The notes under the pieces are model-generated. The model was not told the origin of the DNA and made no database searches. It saw only the letters and a program-made list of their open reading frames with translations. A stretch of DNA of 64,000 bases from Candidatus Bathyarchaeota archaeon (lineage in GTDB: Archaea; Thermoproteota; Bathyarchaeia; Bathyarchaeales; Bathycorpusculaceae), in contig CAWAKC010000007.1 of NCBI GenBank assembly GCA_963782525.1, positions 320,001 to 384,000 on the forward strand, read 5' to 3'. Shown piece by piece: positions 40,139-49,338 of this stretch. The position numbers and the translations under genes are program-made. Each line of letters begins with the position of its first letter. Position 1 is the first letter of the stretch.

Positions 40139-40999
40139 GTGAGGCTGCATCGGCACTTGAAGTTAACACCGTCCGTGTTAGAGATGGATTTTTCAGAGAC
40201 CCAAAAAAGAATCTGCCGTTTCATTGAAGAATACGTTGAAAATGCCGGAGCTAGAGGAATTGTACTCGGGCTCTCGGGAGGAATCGACAGCGGAACTATA
40301 GCGGCGCTATCAAGTCTTGCCATTGGCGGCGAAAATGTCTTGGCGCTGATGTTGCCAGAGAAAGAGAATTTTAACCAAAAAGACATCGACGACGCGAGGG
40401 CTATTGCTAAAAAGTTTCATGTGGAAACGCAGGTCTGCGACATGTCAAAGGCACTAAACGGGATTTACCATGCCATTCCAGTGTTTGACCAGTCCAACAG
40501 ACTTTGCAAGGGAAACATCAAAGCTAGATATAGGATGATCTTCCTCTATTATTATGCCAATAACCAAAACCGAATCGTCTGCGGTAGCTCCGATAAGTCC
40601 GAAACGATGATGGGGTACTTCACCAAATGGGGAGACGCCGCTGCAGATATAGCACCAATCATGGACCTGTACAAGACTCAAGTCCGCAAACTCGCGTTGC
40701 ATTTAGGAATCCCAAAGGAACTCGCCTTAAAACCATCCACACCAGCGCTCTGGCCTAACCAGCTGGCGGAATCTGAGCTCGGAATCAAGTACGAAACATT
40801 GGATCTTATCCTCTACGGGCTCGAACGATTCGTTTCTCCAGAAGAAATCGCAAAGGAACTCGCCGTTGAAAAGGTTCTTGTGGATAAAGTAAAGAGCAAA
40901 TGGCTAGCTAATGAGCACAAGAGAAGAATGCCCTTGGCCCCAAAGATTAGTTACCGAACCGTAGGAAACGATTTTAGGCTTCCAAGACACACATACTAA
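40139..40999 (+). CDS. nadE: NH3-dependent NAD+ synthetase
   Basis: GLSGGIDS, GNIKARYRM, GYFTKWGD and EHKRRMP motifs. Confidence 0.95.
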   Translation: MRLHRHLKLTPSVLEMDFSETQKRICRFIEEYVENAGARGIVLGLSGGIDSGTIAALSSLAIGGENVLALMLPEKENFNQKDIDDARAIAKKFHVETQVCDMSKALNGIYHAIPVFDQSNRLCKGNIKARYRMIFLYYYANNQNRIVCGSSDKSETMMGYFTKWGDAAADIAPIMDLYKTQVRKLALHLGIPKELALKPSTPALWPNQLAESELGIKYETLDLILYGLERFVSPEEIAKELAVEKVLVDKVKSKWLANEHKRRMPLAPKISYRTVGNDFRLPRHTY

Positions 41000-41013
41000 A
41001 AAGTGGAACCCAA

Positions 41014-41847
41014 ATGAAAGACAAGATTAGACTTGCACTTGCTCAAATCAGCAGTAAACGTGAAAACAAAAGCGAGAATCTGAGGAAGATAGAAGAGCTA
41101 ACCATAAAAGCCAAAGAGCAAGGCGCAGACCTAATTATCTTTCCAGAGATGTCTTTAACAGGTTACGTTATTTTAGATCAGGTTTACGAGCTTGCCGAGA
41201 CGATACCTGGACCGTCAACCGATAAAGTTGAGACTTTGGCGAAGAAAACAGGAATGCACATCGTTTTTGGGATGCCGGAGTTGAGCGAAAAAACCCAAGC
41301 AACAATCTTTAATACCGCTGTCCTTGTTGGTCCCAAAGGCCTAATCGGTAAATACCGCAAGATGTACCTGCCAACTCACAGCGTCTTTGAAGAGAAAAGA
41401 TATTTCCGCCCAGGGTATGAGCCAGCGGCATTCGAAACAGGTATAGGCAACATCGGATTATCCATATGCTATGACGTTTTCTTTCCTGAAGTGTTTAGGC
41501 TATCACGCCTCAAGGGTGCGCAACTGATAATTTGCATTTCCGCGTCCCCAGCCGTGCGGAGAGGCTACTTTGAAATTTTAACGTGTGCTCGAGCACTTGA
41601 AAATACGGCGTTTATTGCATACGTTAACCTTGCTGGTGTTGAGGATGGATTGCAGTTTTGGGGTGGAAGCCGACTTGTTTGCCCAACGGGCGAGGTTGTT
41701 GCTAAGGCAAAGTACGATGAAGAAGATTTTGTCGTCTGCGACGTTAATTTTGGCGATTTGAGGGCTGCTGAAACGTTCATTCCGACCTTGAGAGATTTGC
41801 GGCCTGAACTTTTCGATAAATTGAAGGAGTTTTCAGAGCAAATCTGA
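41014..41847 (+). CDS. Nitrilase/carbon-nitrogen hydrolase, probable glutaminase partner of NadE
   Basis: Catalytic triad in FPEM, YRKM and ICYD. Lies just downstream of nadE on the same strand. Confidence 0.88.
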   Translation: MKDKIRLALAQISSKRENKSENLRKIEELTIKAKEQGADLIIFPEMSLTGYVILDQVYELAETIPGPSTDKVETLAKKTGMHIVFGMPELSEKTQATIFNTAVLVGPKGLIGKYRKMYLPTHSVFEEKRYFRPGYEPAAFETGIGNIGLSICYDVFFPEVFRLSRLKGAQLIICISASPAVRRGYFEILTCARALENTAFIAYVNLAGVEDGLQFWGGSRLVCPTGEVVAKAKYDEEDFVVCDVNFGDLRAAETFIPTLRDLRPELFDKLKEFSEQI

Positions 41848-41975
41848 GATGTCACAGTTACATAAATTCCTTGGAGTGCAGCATCACAGGGGTATCACAA
41901 GGCTGTGATGTGAGGTAATTTGTGGTAAAATCACGTATTTCGGGTGATGTCACGGTGTTTTTTGTATGATGCCAC
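41846..41975. repeat. Cluster of GTGATGTCAC-like motifs
   Basis: GAGATGTCAC 41846, GCATCAC 41881, GTATCAC 41892, GTGATGTG 41905, GTGATGTCAC 41944, ATGATGCCAC 41966. Confidence 0.7.
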
Positions 41976-42323
41976 GAATAAGTTGTGGCCTGAAAACTAT
42001 GTTTTAGTGTAAGATTGACCTAGAAAAAGTGTGGATATATCGTCGGAAATGCTAAAAATAAGGAGTTTAGGTTTGAGGGCGTTTGCAAAAGAGCATTTTT
42101 CGTGTAAAGTTCAGGCGCATTGGAGTAAAAAATTAACGAGAATTTAGGCTTTATTATGTCAACTGCACTTATTCTCGCACCAATTACTAAACAAGTCAAA
42201 ATTGCGATCTAGATTAATAAATGGACGTTAATTCGAGCTTTTAATATTTCTGTAATGAGGGGTTAGGGCGGGTGCAAAGGTTAAAAACAAGGGTTAGTAT
42301 ACAAAACCGTATCCATTCAGACT

Positions 42324-42821
42324 ATGGAGGAACGCGGAGATTTGAAGTTAAAAGACGGCGTAACAGCATGGTTAAGCGGGGCATTAAACGACCCCATTGT
42401 GCAAGTACTGGCTAAAAACAGCCAATTAACTAAAATACAGCTTGAAACATTGCTTATTGATGTTTTAGCTGAAAATATTTCCGATAAACAGCTAAACTAC
42501 GATGAAAAATCTGCTTTACGGCTAACGAAGTCCAAAATAAGCCGCGGTTCGTTTAACAGGACGTTAAAACAGTCCAAAGAAAACGTCATAAAATCGATCT
42601 ACACGGTACTACTTTTGGGTTATCTGGGTGTGTTTGAGAGCTCAACTCTTGACCCTTATCTCGAAATAGCCAATAAACTGCATGATTATGTAGAGGCTCA
42701 CCAAGAAATGCCGGGCAAGGAAGAGGAACTAAAAGACCATCTAAAAGTGATAGAAATCATCCGAAATGAGCTCGAAACGAGCCTAAAACGGCTTTCTAGC
42801 CCATCACAAGACCAATTGTGA
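42324..42821 (+). CDS. Origin-proximal hypothetical protein with an HTH-like segment
   Basis: LTKIQLETLL..YDEKSALR..ISRGSFNRTLKQ resembles an HTH. Confidence 0.75.
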   Translation: MEERGDLKLKDGVTAWLSGALNDPIVQVLAKNSQLTKIQLETLLIDVLAENISDKQLNYDEKSALRLTKSKISRGSFNRTLKQSKENVIKSIYTVLLLGYLGVFESSTLDPYLEIANKLHDYVEAHQEMPGKEEELKDHLKVIEIIRNELETSLKRLSSPSQDQL

Positions 42822-43100
42822 CGTCACAAATCACAGATTTTTCAGTCATTTTTTTGCATTTTAGATGAAGTAAATCATTTATCTGAATAGGCTTTAGTTA
42901 AGCATTAATTAACAAAATAAGCCTAATAATCGATTTTAAATGTATGGATACAGCTTCAAAATGATGCACTGTGATGTGTGATGTCATACTTTACTAGGCA
43001 TGATGTCACCGATAACCTTATTACTCCATGGAAATACTGTGATGTGTGATGCAACATTTGAAAACACGGCGAATCACGGTTGAGTCACAAATAAATCACG
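42816..43100. repeat. Second GTGATGTCAC-type motif cluster
   Basis: Perfect palindrome TTGTGACGTCACAA 42816-42829, direct repeat ACTGTGATGTGTGATG at 42968 and 43036, ATGATGTCAC 43000, plus further TCAC half-sites. Confidence 0.75.
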
Positions 43101-43112
43101 AGGGAAAACATC

Positions 43113-43895
43113 ATGATTGACCTCACACCAGTAATCGTAGGCATTTTAGTAACTATGACAGCATTAGCTGGATACGAATACTATAAGCAAGTCCGCAAGG
43201 CATACAAAGAATACGAGAAAGCCAAAGATTTCATCGAAGATATCGTGCTCAGTTTTGATCGTGAGCTTAAACGTGAATCGGATAAGTTTGACACGATGGT
43301 TTCTAAAGTTGAAGGAAGCTACAACACAGCAAACGTGAGTTATAGAAAAGCAGATAACGTCGAAAGTAAAATAGAACCATTAGAGCAACAACTCGTTGCA
43401 CTCAGCCAATCATACCAAGCGATGTCACAAACAATCTCACAGAATATAGGTGAAAACACTCAAAATAGCACCAGCATCCTTACTGGGTTAACGGGGTTTG
43501 AAACAAAGATAAAAGATATTGAAGTCACACAGGAAACCTTGAGAAACAGAATATTAGCCTTTGAAGACCAAATTCAGAAGCTTTCTGTTTCTCCTCCTGT
43601 AGAAGCTAAAAACGAAATTGTTTTGCCTTCCATAGTAATCAAACGGGACAAAGCCATGTCCGCTCTTACTGACACCGAAATCGCAGTTCTTGAAATGTTG
43701 TCTAAAGAAGGGGCCAAGACGGCGCCTGAAATCAAAGAGAGGGTAAAGCTTAGTCGGGAGCATACGGCAAGGTTGATGAAGAAACTCTATGAAGAAGGGT
43801 ACCTTGAGCGGGAAGCAGGTAAAATTCCCTTTAGGTATAGCATTAAGAAGGAAATGGAAGCATTACTGCAGAAATCTGAGAGCACAGCGGTTTAA
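43113..43895 (+). CDS. Membrane-anchored coiled-coil protein with a C-terminal winged helix
   Basis: N-terminal TM, heptad-rich middle, LTDTEIAVLEML..TAPEIKERVKLSREHTARLMKKLYEEGYLER wHTH. Confidence 0.85.
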   Translation: MIDLTPVIVGILVTMTALAGYEYYKQVRKAYKEYEKAKDFIEDIVLSFDRELKRESDKFDTMVSKVEGSYNTANVSYRKADNVESKIEPLEQQLVALSQSYQAMSQTISQNIGENTQNSTSILTGLTGFETKIKDIEVTQETLRNRILAFEDQIQKLSVSPPVEAKNEIVLPSIVIKRDKAMSALTDTEIAVLEMLSKEGAKTAPEIKERVKLSREHTARLMKKLYEEGYLEREAGKIPFRYSIKKEMEALLQKSESTAV

Positions 43896-43913
43896 GGCAA
43901 AATTGTAACTTGA

Positions 43914-44703
43914 GTTCACAGGTTGTTCACAGTTGTGTTTTGTGAAGGGATTACTTTATGCGTTGTTTGATTGTCGCTTGTGGTAGGCTTGGGGCTGTCT
44001 TATACTTTAAGCTGTTTGGTCCACCCGTCCTAAGCAGCATCCCTTTGGCTGCCATCCTTGAAAGATAAGTTGAAACTGTACTGAGGCCCACAGGTTCTTT
44101 GAGTTCCTGTTCGTAGATAGACTGGATTTCTTTGGATGAGAACCAAATCAAGGGGAAATTTTTCTGGATAACCAACTGAACCTTCTCAAAACGTGACAAA
44201 ATCTTATTCGGTAAAGCATTCCCTGCAATTGCAGTTGGACCTTCGCCTGATGCTCCACCTAGCAGCTCCACAAGATCCAAAAGGCGCAGAGCTTTATCTC
44301 GGGTCACTTGGCCCTCAAAAGCAATGGTATATCGATTACCATCGCTATCGAACAGCTCAACGCGCATTTTACGAGCCGGCATCTGGTTACACCTTAAGGT
44401 TGTTCACAACTTTATGCTTCACAACATATAGCTGTTATGGTGAAGCCGATGAATAGGAAAAAGAATATTTGAGCTTATACATCTGTTTTGGATGTAATTT
44501 GAAGTGATTTGGCTATAACCAGCTTCACAAATAAACGAAACTGCTAAAAATATTCAGTTAAGGCTTAGTTCTGCTTTTCCAGTAGAAGCGTAGGGGTGCC
44601 TTGTTCACTTGTAAGAGACAAGAAAAGGGTAATTTACCAGCAAATAACCCAAATAAAGCGACAAATAAATTGTTATTTCACATGTATTCACAGTTTTGTG
44701 AAC
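43914..44703. repeat. TTCACA-type motif arrays flanking the 143-aa wHTH gene
   Basis: GGTTGTTCACA at 43921 and 44398, GCTTCACAA at 44416 and 44522, TTCACA at 43915, 44677 and 44687, TGTGAA at 43941 and 44697. Confidence 0.7.
43951..44382 (-). CDS. Winged-helix protein divergent from cdc6
   Basis: WFSSKEIQSIYEQ..LSTVSTYLSRMAAKGMLLRTG wHTH with a small N-terminal domain. Confidence 0.82.
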   Translation of the reverse strand: MPARKMRVELFDSDGNRYTIAFEGQVTRDKALRLLDLVELLGGASGEGPTAIAGNALPNKILSRFEKVQLVIQKNFPLIWFSSKEIQSIYEQELKEPVGLSTVSTYLSRMAAKGMLLRTGGPNSLKYKTAPSLPQATIKQRIK

Positions 44704-45160
44704 ATAAAAACAAAGAAAAATTAGCAAAAAAAATATAGGCAAACTTAGCGATATCTACAAACAAAAAATTACAGAAACAAAGTACTCACCGCCACCATCA
44801 AGGAAATTTACCATAGAAAATTAGTTGTAGCCACACCCCTATGTTTCCGCTCGAAGTATTTGGGAGAAAAAGAAGTCAGAAAAGCCTGAACAAACTTTTG
44901 CAGAAGATTTGTCTAAAAACTTTGATGACAAATATTAATATATAAAAAAATAACTTACCTATTACAGTATATTACTGTATATATAATAAATAGTAGTTTT
45001 CTTTTAACCAACATTATTCTCCAGTAGAAACTTTGGGGTGTGTGTGCTCTCGCTTTGTTTGGTTGTTATCGGCTATTTTCTTTGTTTTTTAGGATTGTTG
45101 TGCTCTAAAACTATTTTTTTGTAGTGTATACTTTATCTGTTCCACACGAAATAACGGTGT
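44577..45160. other. Replication origin oriC (ORB elements and DUE)
   Basis: ORBs TTCCAGTAGAAGCGTAGGGGT 44577(+), TTCGAGCGGAAACATAGGGGT 44835-44855(-), CTCCAGTAGAAACTTTGGGGT 45019(+) and a mini-ORB at 45140. An AT-rich stretch at ~44930-45010 lies between the inverted ORBs, adjacent to cdc6. Confidence 0.9.
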
Positions 45161-45191
45161 TGCCTCTGAAGAATGATGAGAGGGATGCCTG

Positions 45192-46433
45192 ATGGGAAAT
45201 TCAAGCGTATTAGATGATGTATTCGAAAACTTCGTGAACGGAGTTAAATTGTTCAAAGACCGAGAGGTCTTAAGGCACGATTATCTTCCGGAGAAACTTC
45301 CACACCGAGAAGACCAGATTCGCCTGTTAGGTGCAACCGTTGCCCCAGTTTTGAGGAATTCAAGATGCTCAAACATTTTCATCTATGGAAAAACGGGGAC
45401 TGGAAAAACGGCCGTAACTAAATACGTTTTAAGTCACTTGGAGTCTAAAGCAAAGGAATATGGTGCACAAGTAAAATTCTGCTACATCAACTGCCGAATG
45501 ACTGGGTCTGAATACCGCGTTTTCGCAAGCCTTAGCCAAAGCGTGGGGTTATCAATACCCTTTACAGGTCTATCTGCAGGAGAAGTTTTTGACCGTTTTC
45601 GTCAAGGATTAGATCAATCCAGAATAATATTTATCATCATTTTAGATGAAGTTGACGCCCTGATCAAGGAACACGGCGACTCATTCATGTACGAGTTAAC
45701 CAGGATAAACGAAACTTTAACCAAAAGCAAAGTTGCACTAATCGGCATATCCAACGACCTGCGGCTAAAAGAATTCCTCGACCCAAGAGTCTTCAGTTCT
45801 CTGAGCGAAGAAGAATTGGTCTTCAGACCTTATGATGCAGGTGAACTTCGAAATATATTGCTTGAACGGTCGAAGCTCTCCTTCCAAGATGGCGTTCTCA
45901 CTGATTCAGCATTGAGCATTTGCTCGGCTTTAGCTGCAGCCGAACATGGAGACGCGCGGCGAGCTTTGGATTTGTTGCGCGTTGCTGGGGAAGTTGCTGA
46001 GCGGTTGGGAGCGAAAACGATCACAGAAGAACACGTGCGCCAAGCTGAAAAACACATCGAGCATAACCGCGTTGTAGATGCCCTCAACAACTTAACGTTG
46101 CATTCCAAGCTCGTATTACTAAGCGTTTATCACTTAAACAAATCAAGCGCAACTACCGGAGAAATCTATGATATCTACAATGAATTGTGCGGTGAAATGG
46201 GCGCTGGGCTTCTAACTCAACGTCGTTTAGGTACTTTGGTTAATGAGCTTGATTCAATGGGGCTTGTGAATGCAAAAGTAGTAAGCATGGGCCGATACGG
46301 CAGAACCAAAAAAATCCGTTTGGAGATTTCTCGCAGCTTAATTCGCGACGTCTTCAGCAGCGATAACCGTTTTAGTCACTTACTTGAGTACTCGCCCCAA
46401 GTTTCCAACAAAAAGCCAAACAACAGTACATAG
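45192..46433 (+). CDS. cdc6: Orc1/Cdc6 replication initiator
   Basis: YLPEKLPHRE, GKTGTGKT, ILDEVD, GDARRALDLLR and SMGRYGRT motifs. Confidence 0.98.
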   Translation: MGNSSVLDDVFENFVNGVKLFKDREVLRHDYLPEKLPHREDQIRLLGATVAPVLRNSRCSNIFIYGKTGTGKTAVTKYVLSHLESKAKEYGAQVKFCYINCRMTGSEYRVFASLSQSVGLSIPFTGLSAGEVFDRFRQGLDQSRIIFIIILDEVDALIKEHGDSFMYELTRINETLTKSKVALIGISNDLRLKEFLDPRVFSSLSEEELVFRPYDAGELRNILLERSKLSFQDGVLTDSALSICSALAAAEHGDARRALDLLRVAGEVAERLGAKTITEEHVRQAEKHIEHNRVVDALNNLTLHSKLVLLSVYHLNKSSATTGEIYDIYNELCGEMGAGLLTQRRLGTLVNELDSMGLVNAKVVSMGRYGRTKKIRLEISRSLIRDVFSSDNRFSHLLEYSPQVSNKKPNNST

Positions 46434-48011
46434 TTAATTGAACGAAAGGACTGTAGTCTGTAAGGTTTGTAGGTTCACAACCGGTACCATACCAGGTGTA
46501 GGAACCAACCCTAATTTTTCCATATAGTCTGTTTGGTCTTGCCAACCGCCAGAATTAACAACCAATACGCCACGGTAGTTGCAGTAACCTATCACGTGTA
46601 TGTGTCCTGCATGAAAAATGTCAGGAATTCTATCCACGACGAGGTAGTCTCGGTTTTCTGGGGACAACATGGTTTTCCCACCGTACACAGGCGCTAAATG
46701 TCGACTCTGCATAAGAAGCCGCATCGCTTTCTCAGGATGCGCATGATCCATTCCAGGTATAACAGCGATTATGTCGTCTAAGCTTCGGCCATGGTACATT
46801 AAAACATCAACGCCATGCAGACTTAGAAGGCATGGGCTTCCGACAGAATGAATGTTGTTCATTCCCTTTATGCCCGTTAAATAACCTTCTGGTATGGCTG
46901 GTTGTGGTAAGGATTTGCGTGCTGCGTCATGGTTTCCTGGTGACAGAAAAATCTCGATGTAGCTGGGAATTTTTTCAAGGTACTTGGCGGCGTAATTGTA
47001 TTGTTTGTGCACATCCCGTATGGTTAACTCGTTCTGTTGACCGGGGTAGATTCCTACTCCGTCCACGATGTCTCCCGCAACGAGGAGGTATTTTACTCGA
47101 CTTGCGATTTCCTTCATCTCTGGCGTTCCATACTTGCCCCTAAGCCACAGAATAAATCTCCTGAATGATTCTTTGGTGAATTTTGTGCTGCCTATGTGGA
47201 TGTCCGACGTGAGGACTGCGTAAACTGGTTCTTGGGCTCTTTGCTGCTGTTTTCTTCCGATGTCTGGAAAGATTATATCTTCAGCCATGAACAGGTTGGT
47301 CCGCGTTTTGATGACTGCTAAACAGATTACTTGGTCAGGTAACAGCATAAGTGCTTTTTTCTTGACTTCTTCGGGGGCTTTTTGAGGCACAAGAACAGTT
47401 GCGCTTCCGTCCAAGTCCTCGACCGAGAGGATAGTGTGGTTTTTTGAATCCCGCTTCTCGGTTAACATGCAGATTATTTTGAGTTTGGTTTTGGCCGGTG
47501 ACTTGAGTGCCTCTGTTATAGGCGTTGCTGCTTTAACATCCATTCTTTGCCGAAGCAAGCGTTCGATGCGCTTGAAGCGGTCTTGGAAGTACGCGACATA
47601 CTCGTCTAGGGTTCCGTTTGAGGTCAATTTGCCTGTGGCATCATCGAGGATTTTGATGTCTGCGGGTATGTCTTTGGCATATGGATAGAACTCGACTTCA
47701 TCTAAACCTTCAGTTGTTATTGGACGATCAAATTTTATGGGTGGTTCAGGCATAGTTTGTGTCTTTGATATAGGCTCTTCTGTTATGGTAATTGTTGGCT
47801 GATGTATTAGTGCTTCCAAAAAAACCCGTTCAATAAACATTGGCTTATCTTGTAACAAATCTATTTTTTCAAGCGCCAGATTCGTTATGGTGATTGGATC
47901 ATTTGTTTCTGCGTTCTGTATTAGGAACTCAAAGGCTTCGCTGTTAAGTTGGTATCCCGCAGCCATTATCGCTTGAATAGCTCGTTGCAGTTTTTCTTGT
48001 GCACTCATCAA
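46434..48011 (-). CDS. polB: DNA polymerase D small subunit DP1
   Basis: SDIHIGS, GDIVDGVGIYPGQ, PGNHDA, HLAP and GHIH motifs. Confidence 0.97.
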   Translation of the reverse strand: MMSAQEKLQRAIQAIMAAGYQLNSEAFEFLIQNAETNDPITITNLALEKIDLLQDKPMFIERVFLEALIHQPTITITEEPISKTQTMPEPPIKFDRPITTEGLDEVEFYPYAKDIPADIKILDDATGKLTSNGTLDEYVAYFQDRFKRIERLLRQRMDVKAATPITEALKSPAKTKLKIICMLTEKRDSKNHTILSVEDLDGSATVLVPQKAPEEVKKKALMLLPDQVICLAVIKTRTNLFMAEDIIFPDIGRKQQQRAQEPVYAVLTSDIHIGSTKFTKESFRRFILWLRGKYGTPEMKEIASRVKYLLVAGDIVDGVGIYPGQQNELTIRDVHKQYNYAAKYLEKIPSYIEIFLSPGNHDAARKSLPQPAIPEGYLTGIKGMNNIHSVGSPCLLSLHGVDVLMYHGRSLDDIIAVIPGMDHAHPEKAMRLLMQSRHLAPVYGGKTMLSPENRDYLVVDRIPDIFHAGHIHVIGYCNYRGVLVVNSGGWQDQTDYMEKLGLVPTPGMVPVVNLQTLQTTVLSFN

Positions 48012-48242
48012 TTCTGCCCTTGCCCATGGTTAAATGCGTTTTTTTATGTTACGCAGTTACGCTGTTGAGTTATTTACTGTTTTTCGTTTGCCGACTATTT
48101 TTTTGGAATAAAGTTTGGCATGACATTTTTGTCTCTTAACATTGGTTTGATTGTTTTTCTAAATTAAAGTTATGAAAAATCAACTCAATTTATATAAGCT
48201 GATTCTAGTTTAGATAGGTTGTAACTTTCGGAGAGATATCGT

Positions 48243-49217
48243 TTGGGTGAATCACGGAAAATTCAGCAGACACCAACGGGCACTTTCTTTGTTTGCTTGC
48301 CGAGAGATTGGGCAAATGAATCTGGCTTAAAGAAGGGTATTCAAGTAAATTTGGAAGTTACCAGCGATGGGAAACTTCTTGTTGATCCCAAAAATGCTGT
48401 TGAACCTGAACCCAAAGTAGCTACTTTAGGAGTTGGTCCATTTTTGGGACGTGAAATAGTCGGCAGATACCTGTTGGGCTATGATACTATTAACATTGAG
48501 GCAAAGGGCCGCATAGATGCAGCGGCTAGGAATATTGTTAAGTCGACTGCTAGTTCGCTGGCTGGTTTAGAGATAGTTGAGGAAACAAGTTGCAGGATTT
48601 CATTACAGAGTATTGCTCAGCAACCGTTTGGTTTTTTGCCTCAAAAGATCCTGCAGCGAAATCATGGTTTAGTGGCTGGAATGATTCGTGACGTTTCTAA
48701 TTCGTTCATTACGAGCGATTTAGAATTAGCAAAAAGTGTTGTTTCCCGAGATAATGAAAGCAACCGACTTTATTTCTTGTTGGTTAGAACTCTGCGTACC
48801 ATTATCCAGAACCCACAGTTAAGTGAGAAACTGGGGATTACTCCTATTGAATGCTTGGACTACCGTTTAGCGGCAAGCCTAATCGAAGGCATCGGCGACG
48901 CATGCGTGCAAGTAGCCTCAAACACCATGGCGCTTAATGGAGCAAAACTATCAGAAGAACTGCGGAAGCTACTGATTGAATTGCAGTCAACCTGTTGCGA
49001 AGCCAATGAACGGGCACTCAAAGCATTCCTGACCAAAGACATCTCGGTCGCAGAAAACGTGCGTAGTTTGAACAAAAAAGTCGAAGATACGTACGTTAGA
49101 ATTGAACAAGCCGCAAAAGAATCCTCGGTGGACCTGATGCCTCAGATTTTGGCAGCAGTGTCTTTTCTTAGGCAGATTTACGAGCGCAGCGTTGACATGG
49201 CTGACCTAGTTGTCTAA
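48243..49217 (+). CDS. AbrB + PhoU domain phosphate uptake regulator
   Basis: RKIQQTPTGTFFVCLPRDW, YLLGYDTI and NRLYFLLVR motifs. Confidence 0.88.
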   Translation: MGESRKIQQTPTGTFFVCLPRDWANESGLKKGIQVNLEVTSDGKLLVDPKNAVEPEPKVATLGVGPFLGREIVGRYLLGYDTINIEAKGRIDAAARNIVKSTASSLAGLEIVEETSCRISLQSIAQQPFGFLPQKILQRNHGLVAGMIRDVSNSFITSDLELAKSVVSRDNESNRLYFLLVRTLRTIIQNPQLSEKLGITPIECLDYRLAASLIEGIGDACVQVASNTMALNGAKLSEELRKLLIELQSTCCEANERALKAFLTKDISVAENVRSLNKKVEDTYVRIEQAAKESSVDLMPQILAAVSFLRQIYERSVDMADLVV

Positions 49218-49253
49218 CCCCTATTCTTACTTGGCACACCTTATTGGTTGCAA

Positions 49254-49324
49254 AAAATTCCAATACGACCTCCCCCCCAATAGGTTTCTGCATAGAACTG
49301 CTTGGGGAACCAAATATGTTGGTT
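49254..49324 (-). repeat. Dispersed ~70 bp repeat, copy 3
   Basis: Minus strand ACCAACATATTTGG..GTTCTATGCAGAAACCTATTGGGGGGGA..TATTG. Confidence 0.65.
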
Positions 49325-49338
49325 AACACTCAAGACGG

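Noticed and set aside
45166-45192. ATGATGA..CTGA box C/D-like pair overlapping the cdc6 start
   Set aside because: No upstream box C or terminal stem and only a 9-nt spacer. It could be a K-loop but is unsupported.
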